Counted from the first letter of the stretch, positions 10,411-21,605 are shown. The stretch is 64,000 bases of DNA from Pirellulales bacterium (GCA_963733035.1 CAVTBU010000005.1:320001-384000); one strand, 5' to 3'. Program-made: numbers and translations. The notes: generated by a model not told the origin, from the sequence alone.

Positions 10411-11505
10411 GTTGCCGCATCGCTCGCTCGGCCCGGCCGGCGCTGAATCAAGGGCGCGGGCGATCACCTCTTCGCGCTTTCCCTCGGTCCATGCCTGGAT
10501 GGTCTCCGAGTCGCTCAGGCCAACCAGGCGGCCCACGAGCAGGAAAGCCATCACGGCGTGCTGTTCGGTGTTCCAGCGGGCCATTTCCACCAGGGGCGCA
10601 AGAGACTGTTCGCGAAGCTTTCGGAGGACTTGCTTGTTGCCGCCGCTGGTGAGCCCCAGTAGCACGAACATTGCCTTATTGCGATCCGTCCATGTGACAG
10701 ACTCGAGCAGATCGAGATACGTCTCGATGGGAGCGGTGGCACGCAGTTCCGGTTGTTCGTCGGCACCCTCAAGGATCACGCCGAGGGCGCGCACGGCGGC
10801 GTTGCGGACCCGTGCGTCGGCGTCCCTGGCGGCGAAGTTCAGTTCGCTGGCGGCTTGCGCTTTGTTGTCGGCATGCCCCAGCACGGTTGCGGCGATGCGT
10901 CGCTGTTCGGCACTCGCGGACGTTCGCAACACCTCGACCAGGCGGCTGTCGTGTCGGTTGGCAAGATCCGCGAATGACTCCTCCGCCTTTTGCAGATCGC
11001 GCTCTCGTTCGACGTCGCTTTGGCCGGCACCTTCGTGGTTCGGATTGCCAACGCGAAAAAGTGTTCGATATGCCCGCTCCCAAGTGCGATGCGCGTCGAC
11101 AATCTCCGCGGGCAGCGTGGTGTTCGAACTCGGAGCTTCGCGGAACATGACCGTGCCGCTGCCGGTCTCTTGGATGCCAAGATACACCGTCGGCACTATC
11201 GGGCTTTCGGTAGCCACGTCGGGCCGGCGTAACCGAATTACCGTCACCTTGGCCTTCTCGACGCCTGCGATCGCCTCCAACGCCCTCACCATTTTCTTGA
11301 TCTCGGCGGCGTCCGGCACGGGATCACCGGTGCGGACCCCAGCAGCCTCGAGCACGGCGGTCCGGCTCACCTTCTGGAGGCCGTAGGTGTCAATCGTGGC
11401 AATCGTCGGCTCACCACCACGGGCGGGCGGCGAGCCCGCCAGATAAATGACGAGCCAAACAAAGGCGGGCAAGTGCCCCGCACACCAGTGGACTTGGCAA
11501 GTCAT
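10318..11505 (-). CDS. Exported protein with POTRA-like N-domain and HEAT repeats
   Basis: Signal-like N-terminus; TIDTYGLQKVSRTAVLEAAGVRTGDPV (POTRA-like); ARDADARVRNAAVRALG (HEAT). Confidence 0.6.
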   Translation of the reverse strand: MTCQVHWCAGHLPAFVWLVIYLAGSPPARGGEPTIATIDTYGLQKVSRTAVLEAAGVRTGDPVPDAAEIKKMVRALEAIAGVEKAKVTVIRLRRPDVATESPIVPTVYLGIQETGSGTVMFREAPSSNTTLPAEIVDAHRTWERAYRTLFRVGNPNHEGAGQSDVERERDLQKAEESFADLANRHDSRLVEVLRTSASAEQRRIAATVLGHADNKAQAASELNFAARDADARVRNAAVRALGVILEGADEQPELRATAPIETYLDLLESVTWTDRNKAMFVLLGLTSGGNKQVLRKLREQSLAPLVEMARWNTEQHAVMAFLLVGRLVGLSDSETIQAWTEGKREEVIARALDSAPAGPSERCGNSKRDDGRKLQHEEEYRGKGTHQTGKQPHSK

Positions 11506-11677
11506 AACAATTGGCCCTCCATCTGGCACGCCACGGCTCACATCCGGCGAGTACTGGGGATAGCCTACGCTCGTTGGATTGACCGTCAACCCAGGCGAGC
11601 TGCGATATGCAGGGAGCGTGATGGCGAGTCTTACCTTCGGCGTCCGACGTAGACAAAAGCAATCACACAACGCGATC

Positions 11678-11724
11678 GAAAAAAGATGGCCCGCTGGCTA
11701 TTTTTGGAAAAAGCCAGCGGGCCA
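11678..11724 (-). terminator. Intrinsic terminator after the redoxin-monooxygenase gene
   Basis: 13-bp stem TGGCCCGCTGGCT/AGCCAGCGGGCCA followed by a T-run on the minus strand, 27 bp past stop 11752. Confidence 0.8.
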
Positions 11725-11751
11725 GGAAGAATTTGTTTCGCGTCCGATTTG

Positions 11752-14169
11752 CTAACGGGCCGCCTGGGCGTTGTCTTTGCCGTCTTTCGGCGCGGTCATC
11801 ACCTGGGCCAGGCCGGTCAGCAGGGCTTGGGCCGGCGGCGTGAAGGCAGCCGGGTCCTTGCTCCAGAAGTTGACTGTCACGCGTTGACCATTAACTGTGG
11901 CCGGCACGTGCAGGCTCGATTTCACTCCCCGGGCAAGCATCGCCTCGACCAGCTTGCCGTGGGCTTTCGACAGATCGTTGTTCACGACCACTTTGTCGCC
12001 CGCGGCATATTCGGCCAGGCTTTCGCCTTCGGCATTGACGGCTGGCAACGGTGCATTGATGCTTGCGGGCAACGACTTGCCGCCGGCGGCCTTCTGTTTG
12101 GCCTCGGTAATCAGTCGCTCGACCTCCTTTTCACCTTCATCATCGTCTTCCTCATCGTGGTGGCCCGGCGGTCCGCTCCGAGGTCCAAGCATTTCGACAA
12201 CCTTGCCGTCTTTGACCGTGGTGATGCAAACCCGATCGACCTGCGGAACCATACTTCGCAGAATGAAGCCAAACTGCCGGAAGATCCCCGGATCGACCAG
12301 CGCCATGTAGGCCCCGACCTTGATGTTGTCGTCCGGCTCACCCTTGGTGGCCGCTAGAATCACGTTGAATTGTTCGACCCGTGAAAGCGGCTTCGGCTGC
12401 GTCTCGGGATGCTGAAGATCTTCGTGAGCCGGCGTGGCCTCAAAGAAGCCGATCATCATTTCGTCGAACGTTTGATCGCCGAAACCGATCGTCTTCGTCG
12501 GATCGGGGTTGTTCAAATTGTCCTCCGAGTTGTCGAACACGGCATAGCAATCCATCCGCGTGCCGCGCGGCATCAGCTTGGGCTCGGCCAACCGATAGTT
12601 CGTCTGCCAGCCGAAATCGTAATGCGGCACGTCGAGCAGCACTTCCTTTTTGCCATCCGGATACGTCGCTTCGTAGCGGAACGCCTTGCCACGCAGGTGC
12701 ATGTGCGGCATCAGCGTCAACAGGAGCGAATCGTCGCGGAAAATGTAGCGAGCCTTGACCGGAAAATCCGGGTTGCCGGGCGGAATCTGAAATACCGCAT
12801 TGACGGCGCTGTTGACTTGGACTTCCCTCTTGACCGTCTTAGGATCGGCAAAGACAAACCCGCAGTAGCTGCGATCATCCTGCGCGGTGCCGTTTGGCGT
12901 GTAGTGCATCTGGAAGATCAACTTTGAACCGGCTGGCACAAAGCGGGCGAGCCCCTGTGTAAGGGGTTCAGGACGAAGCCCCGGCGCGTAGGCCCCTAGG
13001 AAATCGTTGCCGCTACCAAGGCCGTTGTTAATATTGCCGTCGGGCGGCAGCACAAAAATCAGAATGTGATGCACGACCGCCGGGTTGCCGGGCCGTGGTT
13101 CGATCGCGGCAATCCACTTATCTTCCTTCCAGCCCGGATCAGCGACGAACATCTGATAGTCGACGATGCCCGTGGCCGGCACGTGAAACGGCTTGTCTCC
13201 CATGTACAAAACTTGGTCGGGCTGTGGAATCATCCAACCCTCGGCAAATTTCGGCGGCTCAGGCAGGTCCTTCGGATCGCCCTCGGGCGCGCCGTTGGCA
13301 ACCCACTTGGCAATCGTCGCTTTGTCGGCGACGCTCATACGAGCATCGTTTTCGAAATGGCCGAACTGCTCGTTGGCGTGCCAGGGGGGCATCCGTTCGA
13401 GCCGCACAACCTCGTCAATCATCGAAGCCCAACCCGCGACGTCGTCGTAGCTGGTAAGCGTAAAGGGAGCGATCTGTCCTTCGCGGTGGCAGAACACGCA
13501 ATTGGCGTTCATGATCCGCGCGATCTGATTGGAATAGGTGACATCGCTATCGACGATTGGTTCGAGGTCTCGGCCAATCAAACAGCCCGCGGCAGGCGTT
13601 TCGCCCTTGAGGATTGGTTTGTCTGCCAGCAGGGCATCGATCGCGTCGGCCAGATTGTTCTCGGTCGCCTCGGACCGTTGATAGTTCTGGTTTTGCTGGA
13701 ACCCATACTGGTCGTCGATGCGGCCCCGATAGCGAATCGCACCGTCCTGGTCGAGTACGACGACCTCCGGAGTGCGTGTGGCGCCGACGGCGTTCGCTAC
13801 CTGCTGCTTGAGATCCTTGAGAATCGGGAACTCGACTCTATGCGACCGGGCAAAGGCGGCGATTTCAGTCACGGCGTCTTGCCGATTGGGGTCCAAACCC
13901 AGGAAGACCACGCCCTTCGGTTCGTACTTTTCGGCCAATGCAACCAGCCGCGTCGCATAGATCTTGGCTAGCGGGCACTCCGTTCCCAGGAACGCGAGGA
14001 CCACGATCTTGCCGCGGCCGGCGTCCTTCAGCGAGTGCGGTTGACCGAGATAGTCGCGAAGCGTGAAATCCGACACTTTTGTGCCGAGCGGAGCTGGTTC
14101 CAAGGCCGCCAGTGCCGTGGAGCCGCAGACAGCGGCTAGAACCGCGAGCGAAAGGGCGGTGGTTCGCAT
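11752..14169 (-). CDS. Exported redoxin + c-type heme + PHM/DBM-like copper monooxygenase with C-terminal GAF-like domain
   Basis: Signal peptide MRTTALSLAVLAAV; AhpC/redoxin domain (FLGTECP, GATRTPE, YRGRIDDQ); CVFCH; VVHH, FQMHY, PHMHLRG, DEMM. Confidence 0.85.
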   Translation of the reverse strand: MRTTALSLAVLAAVCGSTALAALEPAPLGTKVSDFTLRDYLGQPHSLKDAGRGKIVVLAFLGTECPLAKIYATRLVALAEKYEPKGVVFLGLDPNRQDAVTEIAAFARSHRVEFPILKDLKQQVANAVGATRTPEVVVLDQDGAIRYRGRIDDQYGFQQNQNYQRSEATENNLADAIDALLADKPILKGETPAAGCLIGRDLEPIVDSDVTYSNQIARIMNANCVFCHREGQIAPFTLTSYDDVAGWASMIDEVVRLERMPPWHANEQFGHFENDARMSVADKATIAKWVANGAPEGDPKDLPEPPKFAEGWMIPQPDQVLYMGDKPFHVPATGIVDYQMFVADPGWKEDKWIAAIEPRPGNPAVVHHILIFVLPPDGNINNGLGSGNDFLGAYAPGLRPEPLTQGLARFVPAGSKLIFQMHYTPNGTAQDDRSYCGFVFADPKTVKREVQVNSAVNAVFQIPPGNPDFPVKARYIFRDDSLLLTLMPHMHLRGKAFRYEATYPDGKKEVLLDVPHYDFGWQTNYRLAEPKLMPRGTRMDCYAVFDNSEDNLNNPDPTKTIGFGDQTFDEMMIGFFEATPAHEDLQHPETQPKPLSRVEQFNVILAATKGEPDDNIKVGAYMALVDPGIFRQFGFILRSMVPQVDRVCITTVKDGKVVEMLGPRSGPPGHHDEEDDDEGEKEVERLITEAKQKAAGGKSLPASINAPLPAVNAEGESLAEYAAGDKVVVNNDLSKAHGKLVEAMLARGVKSSLHVPATVNGQRVTVNFWSKDPAAFTPPAQALLTGLAQVMTAPKDGKDNAQAAR

Positions 14170-14418
14170 GGGACACCTCAACGTTGTATGGGAGAGTGTT
14201 TTGACTGAGATTGGTGCGGCCGATCGCCTTCCTGTTCCAACCACACGCGGGGGGAGGTGCTTGGCGGACATTCTAATCGAATGGCAAGCTCGCCTCCATG
14301 CCGATTGCCCAGCCACTTTACGCCCGACAGCGTGCTACGAGAAGATTCGCCCCGTTTCGCCCGATCTTGGCAAACGTGGCACGAAAAAACCTCGACCCGG
14401 ATGGTGAGGACGAAAAGA

Positions 14419-15798
14419 CTATTTGCCGATGCAAAACCGGCTGAATACTCGATCCAGGATGTCATCGGTATAGACGGCGCCGACCACCTTGCCAAGTTCG
14501 GTCAGGGCAATGCGGAGTTCCGCGGCAATTAATTCCTCGCCGGTTTTGTTGGCGTTCAGTTTCCGAGCTTGCTCGAGGGCGTCGCACGCGGCGCGCAGAC
14601 TGCCAGCACACCGCTCAGCCGTCAAGAAGGTCGCGAGATGACGATGCACCAAATCGCCGAGACGCGAACCTAACTCTCGGCGGAGTTGGCCGACACCCGC
14701 CCCCGTGGCGGCACTGACCTCAAGGGCCGTGTATTGGCGGTTCTCAACGGCTTCTGACACGCCAGACTCCAGGTCGCACTTAGTGAAGACAATCAGGCGA
14801 GTCCCCACCGGCGGCGTGGCCATACGCGATTCTTCCCATGCGTTCGGCGGACGACTGCAGTCCAGGCACAACAGTTCAATGTCGCAGTTCTCAGCAGCCA
14901 CGGCGGAAAGCTGTTGTGCCGAAAACTGAACTGAATCCTCCATCGCCGTGGCATCGTGTCCGGCAGTATCGATAAGTTGGCAGCCCAGGCCATCGACGTT
15001 GAGAGCCGTCGTCACGTAGTCGCGCGTTGTCCCCGCCTCATTGGAAACGAGTGCGGCCGTATTAGCCGCCAAGGCATTAAACAGCGTGCTTTTGCCAACA
15101 TTCGGCCAACCAACAAGTGCAACACGGGGCAAAGCATCCGTTCGTCGCCGCGTCTGAAGCTGACGAAAAGTGCTGTGGAGCGACTCCAAAGCAACCTCAA
15201 GCTGTTCCGAAATTGTCTGGCGGCTGACGAACTCGATGTCTTCCTCGACGAAGTCCAGCCCCGCCTCGAGGTGAGCCAGCAGTTCAAGCAGCGACTCCCT
15301 TAGGCGGTGCAGCGGGTTGGCCAATCCCCCGGCAAGTTGGTCGAGCGCGACCCGAAGCTCGTCATCGCCGCGAGCGTCGATCACCCCCAGCACGGCTTCG
15401 GCCTGGGTCAAATCGAGTCTGCCTGCCAGAAACGCACGTAACGTAAATTCCCCGGGTTCGGCGAGCCGTGCTCCTGCCAAACAGACAGCGTCGATCACGG
15501 ATGAGACGAAGGGAGCCGAGCCGATCGTATGAATCTCCGCCGCCGGCTGCCGCGTGTAGCTTCGGCTGTCAGGCCAGTAGTAGACAGTGACCGGCAACTC
15601 CACCTTGGCATTAGGCAATTCGACCGTACCATCGGTGGTCGTGGGCTCCCGAGCGGACTGAAGTTGGCGATCGAGCGGGACATGAATGCAACCGGAGAGA
15701 ATCGTTCCGGTCGCCGGACCCGAGATTCGCACGATGCCTCGTGCGGCACCGCCAGATGCGGAGGCAATCGCCGCAATAGTATCCTCAGGATGATACAC
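14419..15798 (-). CDS. mnmE: tRNA modification GTPase MnmE
   Basis: DTIAAIAS, AEPGEFTLRAFLAGRLDLTQAE, GWPNVGKS, GTTRD, DTAG, C-terminal FCIGK. Confidence 0.97.
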   Translation of the reverse strand: MYHPEDTIAAIASASGGAARGIVRISGPATGTILSGCIHVPLDRQLQSAREPTTTDGTVELPNAKVELPVTVYYWPDSRSYTRQPAAEIHTIGSAPFVSSVIDAVCLAGARLAEPGEFTLRAFLAGRLDLTQAEAVLGVIDARGDDELRVALDQLAGGLANPLHRLRESLLELLAHLEAGLDFVEEDIEFVSRQTISEQLEVALESLHSTFRQLQTRRRTDALPRVALVGWPNVGKSTLFNALAANTAALVSNEAGTTRDYVTTALNVDGLGCQLIDTAGHDATAMEDSVQFSAQQLSAVAAENCDIELLCLDCSRPPNAWEESRMATPPVGTRLIVFTKCDLESGVSEAVENRQYTALEVSAATGAGVGQLRRELGSRLGDLVHRHLATFLTAERCAGSLRAACDALEQARKLNANKTGEELIAAELRIALTELGKVVGAVYTDDILDRVFSRFCIGK

Positions 15799-15812
15799 GA
15801 CGGGGGCCCGAG

Positions 15813-18168
15813 TTACTTGCGGCCACGTTGACGCTTCTTGACGCCCGCGGCCCCGTTGCCGCTGGCACTCGCCGCGACGGTGGCGGCCTCACCCTCAGTT
15901 TTTTTTTGTGCCTTGGGAAGCAATTTTCGCTCGCAAACGCCCCACAAGCTCGATGCAATAAAGTAAACACACAGCCCACTGGCAACCTTGAAGAACAGGA
16001 TGCCCATGAAAATCATCATGTATTGCATCATCTTCTGTTGCATCGCAGCCTGCTCGTCGGCGGCCGGGGGCATAAACATCTTCTGCTGCCAAATAAACAG
16101 GGCAATCGTTACCAGGGGCAAGACATTCAAGTACGGGCCTAGCCCAAAGATGCCCGTACCGCTGGTAATGAATGGAGGCATGATGTGCGACCAATTCCAG
16201 AGCATATCCGGCGCGGCCAGATTTGAGGCCCAGCGAATGCTTTCGCTAAACAAGGGTGCCTGCCGCAGCTCGACGTCGACCATCAGGGAACGGTACAAAC
16301 CCACGAAGATTGGCAATTGGGCAAATGCCAACAGACATCCGCCGACCGGATTGTAGTTATGCTGGCGGAACAAATCCTGGGTCGTGCGCGTTCGCTTTTC
16401 GGCATCATTCTTGTACTTCTCGTTGATTCGCTTCATCTCAGGCTGCAATTCTTGCATCTTCTGCGCCGAGAGCCTGTTTGCGGCTGAGCGGGAACATGCA
16501 TCCGCGAACCAATACCGTAAGTACGATGATCGCGATGCCGTAATTGCCCACGATGGAATAGAAGAAGTGCAACACGCCGTTGAGCACGCGGGCAATGGGA
16601 CTAAACCAGCCGTAGTAGACCAACGGTCTGAGCGAGCCACCGGCCTGGCCATACTGGTCGAGTAATGCCGGGCGTTTCGGACCGGCGAACACCTGGAAGT
16701 GGTGTTCGAGCGGTGGACCGTCAGGTGCTATTTCAACCGCGAAGCTGTCCACTCGAAACGAGACGTTGATCAGTCGCTTGTCGGATGATTCTTCAGGAAC
16801 ATCGCCGAAACGGCGCGGCACGATGGATTGAAAGAGAATCTCGTCCGGAGTCTTCTTTTGTGGTATCAACGCGGCGGAGAAGTATTGGGCGTCTACGGCG
16901 ATGAAATCCAGGGACGCGTTCGCCCCCCAATCCTTTTGAAAGTCCTCCTCGGCGAGTTGGCCAGGCGTGGTTTGTTCGAGTCCGCCCCCCTCAAATTTTG
17001 TGATCACATCACGCAGGCCGCCGCTACCCCAACTATGACTCACTTTGCTCGCATACCAGGCACCTTCAATGGGCAGGCCATTTGGGCCATCGAGTCGGTA
17101 GGCGACTTTGTGGGCCTTGTCGCCGACGTTGGCCACCGAGACATCGAGCATCAGACCATAGGCCGGATAAACCTCGTTGTCTTGCTGATCGTCGGGCACC
17201 GTCTCCAGTCGATAAGTCTTGGTGATCTCCAGGTCGAGGTTGGTGACTCGCTTGCGAAAGCGAACCATCTTGTCGCTGGCCTCGACGACTTCCCAGGCTC
17301 CGGTGCGGAGGTTCACACCACCCAGCTCCTTGTCATCGTTCGAAAGCGTCCGATCGTCAAACTGTTGAATCGTCGCCAAAAAAGAGAGCGGGTCGTGATT
17401 TCCCGGTTCGACGATCTCAACCGGCTTCCGCTCGAACTCGGGTCGAATCAGGTCGAGCGGCTGTCGCGTGAGTGTCGCGGACAGCTGCTTGGTTTCGTTG
17501 CCACGTTGGACGGTCAGTTCGATTTTTTGCCCCGGTTCCGTCGTTTCGATGGCCGCCACAAACTCCGCCGCCGTTCGAATCTTTGTCTGGTCGAGCGTCG
17601 TGATCACATCGTCCACGGCAATGCCGGCCGCAGCCGCCGGCGTCCCCTTGCCGACGACACGAACCAACGCACCACTTTTCTGTCGAGCGTCGCTCGGAGC
17701 GAGGTAGCCCAGATAGCCATAGGGCTTCTCATTCTCCAGGGCGCGGTAATGATTGAGCTCAATCTTTTCGATCGCAGCGCCGCGATTGTTCCAGGTGACG
17801 AGCATGCGGTAGGGGCTATTGCCTTGCCCCGACCCCAATGTACCACGCTGGGGTGCCGTTTCGGGTTCGCTTGGTGCCTCCTCGTTCGCGTCTGGCTGCG
17901 CGGCAGGTTTTTGCGCCGCCTCTCCTTCCGCCGGGGCGGATTGCTCGGCCGACGCATCTTGCTGGGATTCCTTTGCCGCACCCACTTCGGGCGCACGTTC
18001 GTCCGCGTCTCGCTTGTCTTCCTTTGCCGGCTCGGCCTTGGCCACTTGCTTTGCGTTAGCGCCCGGTTTCCTGGGTGGCTCCTGCCGAAAGAAAGTCGAA
18101 AACACGATCTGGTTGACCACAAAGATCAAGGCAACCAGAACTGCAAACATAGCAAAGCGTCGGTCCAC
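15813..18168 (-). CDS. yidC: Membrane protein insertase YidC with inserted PDZ domain; frameshift near 16465
   Basis: FAGPK, YYGWF, GNYGIAIIVLTVLVR..MFPLSRKQ in the upstream frame; KMQELQPE, GGCL..QLPIF, ELRQAP, LAAPD, SGLCVYF in the downstream frame. Confidence 0.93.
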
Positions 18169-18462
18169 GGGAGGTTTCGTCCTTTAGCGGAGAAAAAAAG
18201 CAGGGGAGTCACGCTCAAGGGAGTCCGCCGGCCACGGTGCGAAACCCGGCGAGAGTTCAAGGTGACTAACCGCTAATTGTTCGACTTCGGGCGGAAGTTG
18301 CAATGGCAACAGGGTGCAACCGAGCAATTCGGAGAAATATTGGCACATCAGCCCGTGCTCTGTTAGGGCTATAACATGGCCAAAACCCTCGCTGGGGCAG
18401 GTTCGCTTCGACGCACGTATGCGGACGTTCGTGTGAGGCGGACGCCTGAGAATGGTCCCCGA

Positions 18463-19210
18463 CTAGCGCCCTTCACGGAGGCGGTCACCCAGGAAATTGT
18501 CCAATTCCGGGGTATCGTAGATCTTCTTGATCGTCTGCTCGAAGTCGTAGGACACCCGTCGGAACGTCAAGGACTTGTCTTCGAGAATCAAATAGCAGCT
18601 GCGCGGATCGCCATCACGAGGTTGTCCGACGGAGCCGACGTTGACCATCGTCTTTTCATCGCCCAGGCGGTAAGTGTAGTTCACTTCCTCGGGGCTGATG
18701 AAGTTCATGCTCTGCGTGAAAATGCCGGGTACGTGAGTATGCCCCTGAAAGCAATGGTGTTCGATCAGGCTGAAAATCTTCTCCATCTTCCGCTGGTTGT
18801 AAATGTCCTCCGGAAAGACGTACTCGTTGAGCGGATTGCGCGGATCCGTGCACATACAGGAAGCCATTCTCACGACGATTACGAGGCAACTCGCCAAGGA
18901 AATCCCAGCGCTTGGCATTATCTGCTGGGCTCCCCTGGGGGCTCTCCAATTGGTCACGGGTCCAGAAGATCGCTCGTTCCGCACCAGTGTTGAAGCCCTC
19001 GGGATCAAACAGTGCACCTTGATCGTGGTTTCCCAACAAGCACACGTCGCACCGCATCACCAAATCAATGCATTCGCGCGGATTGGGACCATAACCAATA
19101 ATGTCACCCAGACAGTAGATCTCGGTGATCGACTGCTCGCGAATGTCCTGCAACACTGCCTCGAGTGCTTCGAGGTTGCTATGAATGTCACTGATTAGTG
19201 TGCGCTTCAC
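18463..19210 (-). CDS. Metallophosphoesterase (calcineurin-like, MJ0912/YfcE type); frameshift near 18840
   Basis: [27 protein letters not shown], then in another frame [23 protein letters not shown]. Confidence 0.9.
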
Positions 19211-19443
19211 CAAGCGGCTCACTTCACCCAATGGGGCAGTAGAGCGACCGGGGAGACCGGTCGGGTTTCAGGTAGAGGATAGGGCTCAAACACGAACCAA
19301 CCATTGAGTTTACGGAGCGGGATTTGGATGGTCAAGCGGGGAGCGTTGTGACAAAAGCGTAGGTCCGGTAAGCCTGGGCGGCAAATCGCCTCAGCCATCG
19401 GGGACGACTTCGCAACCGCGACGCAAGACGCGGCACGGTCCCC

Positions 19444-19734
19444 CTATCCGCCCGGCTTTTTCATTGCCAGGCTGTGCAGGACCAATACGGCGCCGACCGA
19501 AAGGAACGCATAACCCAACCAAGTGGGCGGCCGCAAGGTTCGGCGTGGCGTCGGTCCAGCGGCCGCCATCAAACCGTCCGAACCGTCACTGTTGCTGGCC
19601 ACAAGCTTGAATCGTTCAGCAAGGAAGTGGCTCGTTTTCTCATTGAGCACGTAGCTCTCGACCATGCGAACTTGTAGCCCCAAAAACAGGACTACCAGGC
19701 CGATCAGAAAGTACTGGTTGCGATTGATTTCCAC
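19444..19734 (-). CDS. Small two-TM hypothetical membrane protein
   Basis: GTG start, MEINRNQYFLIGLVVLFLGLQ...PPTWLGYAFLSVGAVLVLHSLAMKKP. Confidence 0.7.
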   Translation of the reverse strand: MEINRNQYFLIGLVVLFLGLQVRMVESYVLNEKTSHFLAERFKLVASNSDGSDGLMAAAGPTPRRTLRPPTWLGYAFLSVGAVLVLHSLAMKKPGG

Positions 19735-20045
19735 GACAATTGCACCTGGGGGAGTCCGCGGCTCATGGCCCTGAGGTCGTGCGAATCCCACCATCGATTC
19801 CCGGAGGAGATTCGCGTAACTCCACAATCGTATCGGGCTCCCATGAACGGCGACTTCACGCGATCGGCGCATATACGGGTTGTGTGGCGCGGCACGAAGA
19901 GGAGGGTGAATGCCACCTCCAACAGAACGTCATTTGGCCTGCGGCGTGGACGCTTGTAGCATCTACGTCGATTCGTAGGATTGAAAGGAACCTGTCGAGC
20001 CGTGCGACCACGCGGTTTTCGGGTGCAAAACGCCGGAGTGCCAGG

Positions 20046-20989
20046 ATGACGATCATCAAAAAAGTCTGGACGATCCTCGAAAAGACGATCACCCGTTGGT
20101 CACGGAATGATGGCAACCTGCTGGCTGCTTCGATGGCCTACTATGCCGCGTTCTCGTTTTACCCGTTGCTGTGGGTGCTGATATCCGTCATGGGCTACGC
20201 GCTGCGCGTCTCTTCAAGCGCGCAGAACGCACGCCAGCAACTGCTTGATTTCCTCGCCCGCAGCATGTCCCCGACCTTGGCCGACGAGGTCTCGCGACTC
20301 TTAAACGGCGTGCAAGAGCGGGCTTTTAGCGGACTAATCGTATCGTTCATTCTGCTGATCGGTGCGATCGGAATCTTCTCGCAGCTCGAAGCCGCCTTCG
20401 ATCGCTTGTGGCACGCGGTGACCCCTCATGAACGTGGCGTTCGCGCCGCGATTCTAAACGCCCTCTGGAACCGCTTGAAAGCATTCTTGACGCTCGTCGG
20501 ATTAGGTTTTGTGGTCATTTTGGCCTTTGTTGCTCAATTGCTGCTCAGCGGCATGCAAAACTGGGCGATGCAGGAAAACCTTTCTTGGACGTTTTTTCTC
20601 TGGCCGAAATTGCAATTCGTGCTCAGCATGACCCTGAACACGTTCGCGCTCGCGTTGGTCTTCAAAATGGTCCCACGGGTCACCGTGCGTTGGGGCGATG
20701 CAACAATCGGAGCCTTGGCGGTCGCGGTTAGTTGGCAAATCGGCGCGCAAATCGTGTCTCGCTACATCGTGGGAGGACACTACACGGCTTACGGTGTCGT
20801 CGGGTCATTCATCGCGATGATGCTTTGGGTCTATTGCGCGAGCATCTTGCTATTCCTCGGGCGCAGCTGGTCCAGGTGCTCGGACATCCCGAAGAGAACA
20901 ATCTCGTCACGGCAGGCAGCATTTCCGATCGCGATCGTCGCCGGGAGGAGCGGAAGAGCAGAACGCGGCGTGGCAACAACAAACGTTAA
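20046..20989 (+). CDS. YihY/virulence factor BrkB family protein; frameshift near 20860
   Basis: LAASMAYYAAFSFYPLL, IFSQLEAAFDRLW, YGVVGSFIAMMLWVY..ILLFLG, continuing AQLVQVL in ORF 20732-20989. Confidence 0.88.
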
Positions 20990-21078
20990 ACGGCGTCTAT
21001 GGCTTGAATCGTTTTCTACGGTAAACTTGAAGATCATGTTCCCAGGTGCAACTTCCTCGGCATTCGACTGGCGTTCTT

Positions 21079-21570
21079 ATGGCGGAAGTACAGTGGTATT
21101 ACGCACGAAATGACCAGCAGTTTGGCCCTGTGTCTGCCGCCGAACTGAAGCAGTTGGCCGATGCCGGGCGGCTTTCGCCCGACGATCTGTTGTGGCGCGA
21201 AGGCATGGAGTCTTGGGCAACCGCGATCAATCTGCGCGGTCTATTCAATAATGAAGCTACGGCCAACACTCCGACAACGCCACAGCCACTCGTCAACGAA
21301 TCCGTGTCGACGAGTAAACCAATCCCGTCTCAACCGGCACGCGCGCCCGGAACACGCGGCCCCCTGCCTCTTGTGTTACGAACGACGCAAATTATTTTGT
21401 GGTCGACGTGCGTGCTCGTCGTGCTCATCGGCATGGTGTTATTCACGCGGGCTTTTCTCAAGGCCGAAACAGCCAGCGACGAGGCCGCGGCCGCCGCGGT
21501 ATTTGCCACGTTCTTCATCGGAGCTTACGTGCTCGCACGCTGCGGTGAAAAGCTCTCGCGATTGTTGTAG
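21079..21570 (+). CDS. DUF4339 (GYF_2) domain membrane protein
   Basis: WYYARNDQQFGPVSAAELKQLADAGRL...LLWREGMESW; two C-terminal TMs. Confidence 0.9.
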   Translation: MAEVQWYYARNDQQFGPVSAAELKQLADAGRLSPDDLLWREGMESWATAINLRGLFNNEATANTPTTPQPLVNESVSTSKPIPSQPARAPGTRGPLPLVLRTTQIILWSTCVLVVLIGMVLFTRAFLKAETASDEAAAAAVFATFFIGAYVLARCGEKLSRLL

Positions 21571-21605
21571 TCAATCGAGTCGGATGTGTCGTGCTCGGCA
21601 CTCCG

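Noticed and set aside
10322..11386. 354-aa plus-strand ORF
   Set aside because: Ser/Arg/Ala-rich shadow of the HEAT-repeat gene
15813..18168. yidC as a true pseudogene or programmed frameshift
   Set aside because: Normally essential gene, both halves intact, no slippery sequence, and the break shares the context of other probable sequencing errors
16828..18276. 482-aa plus-strand ORF
   Set aside because: Antisense shadow of yidC
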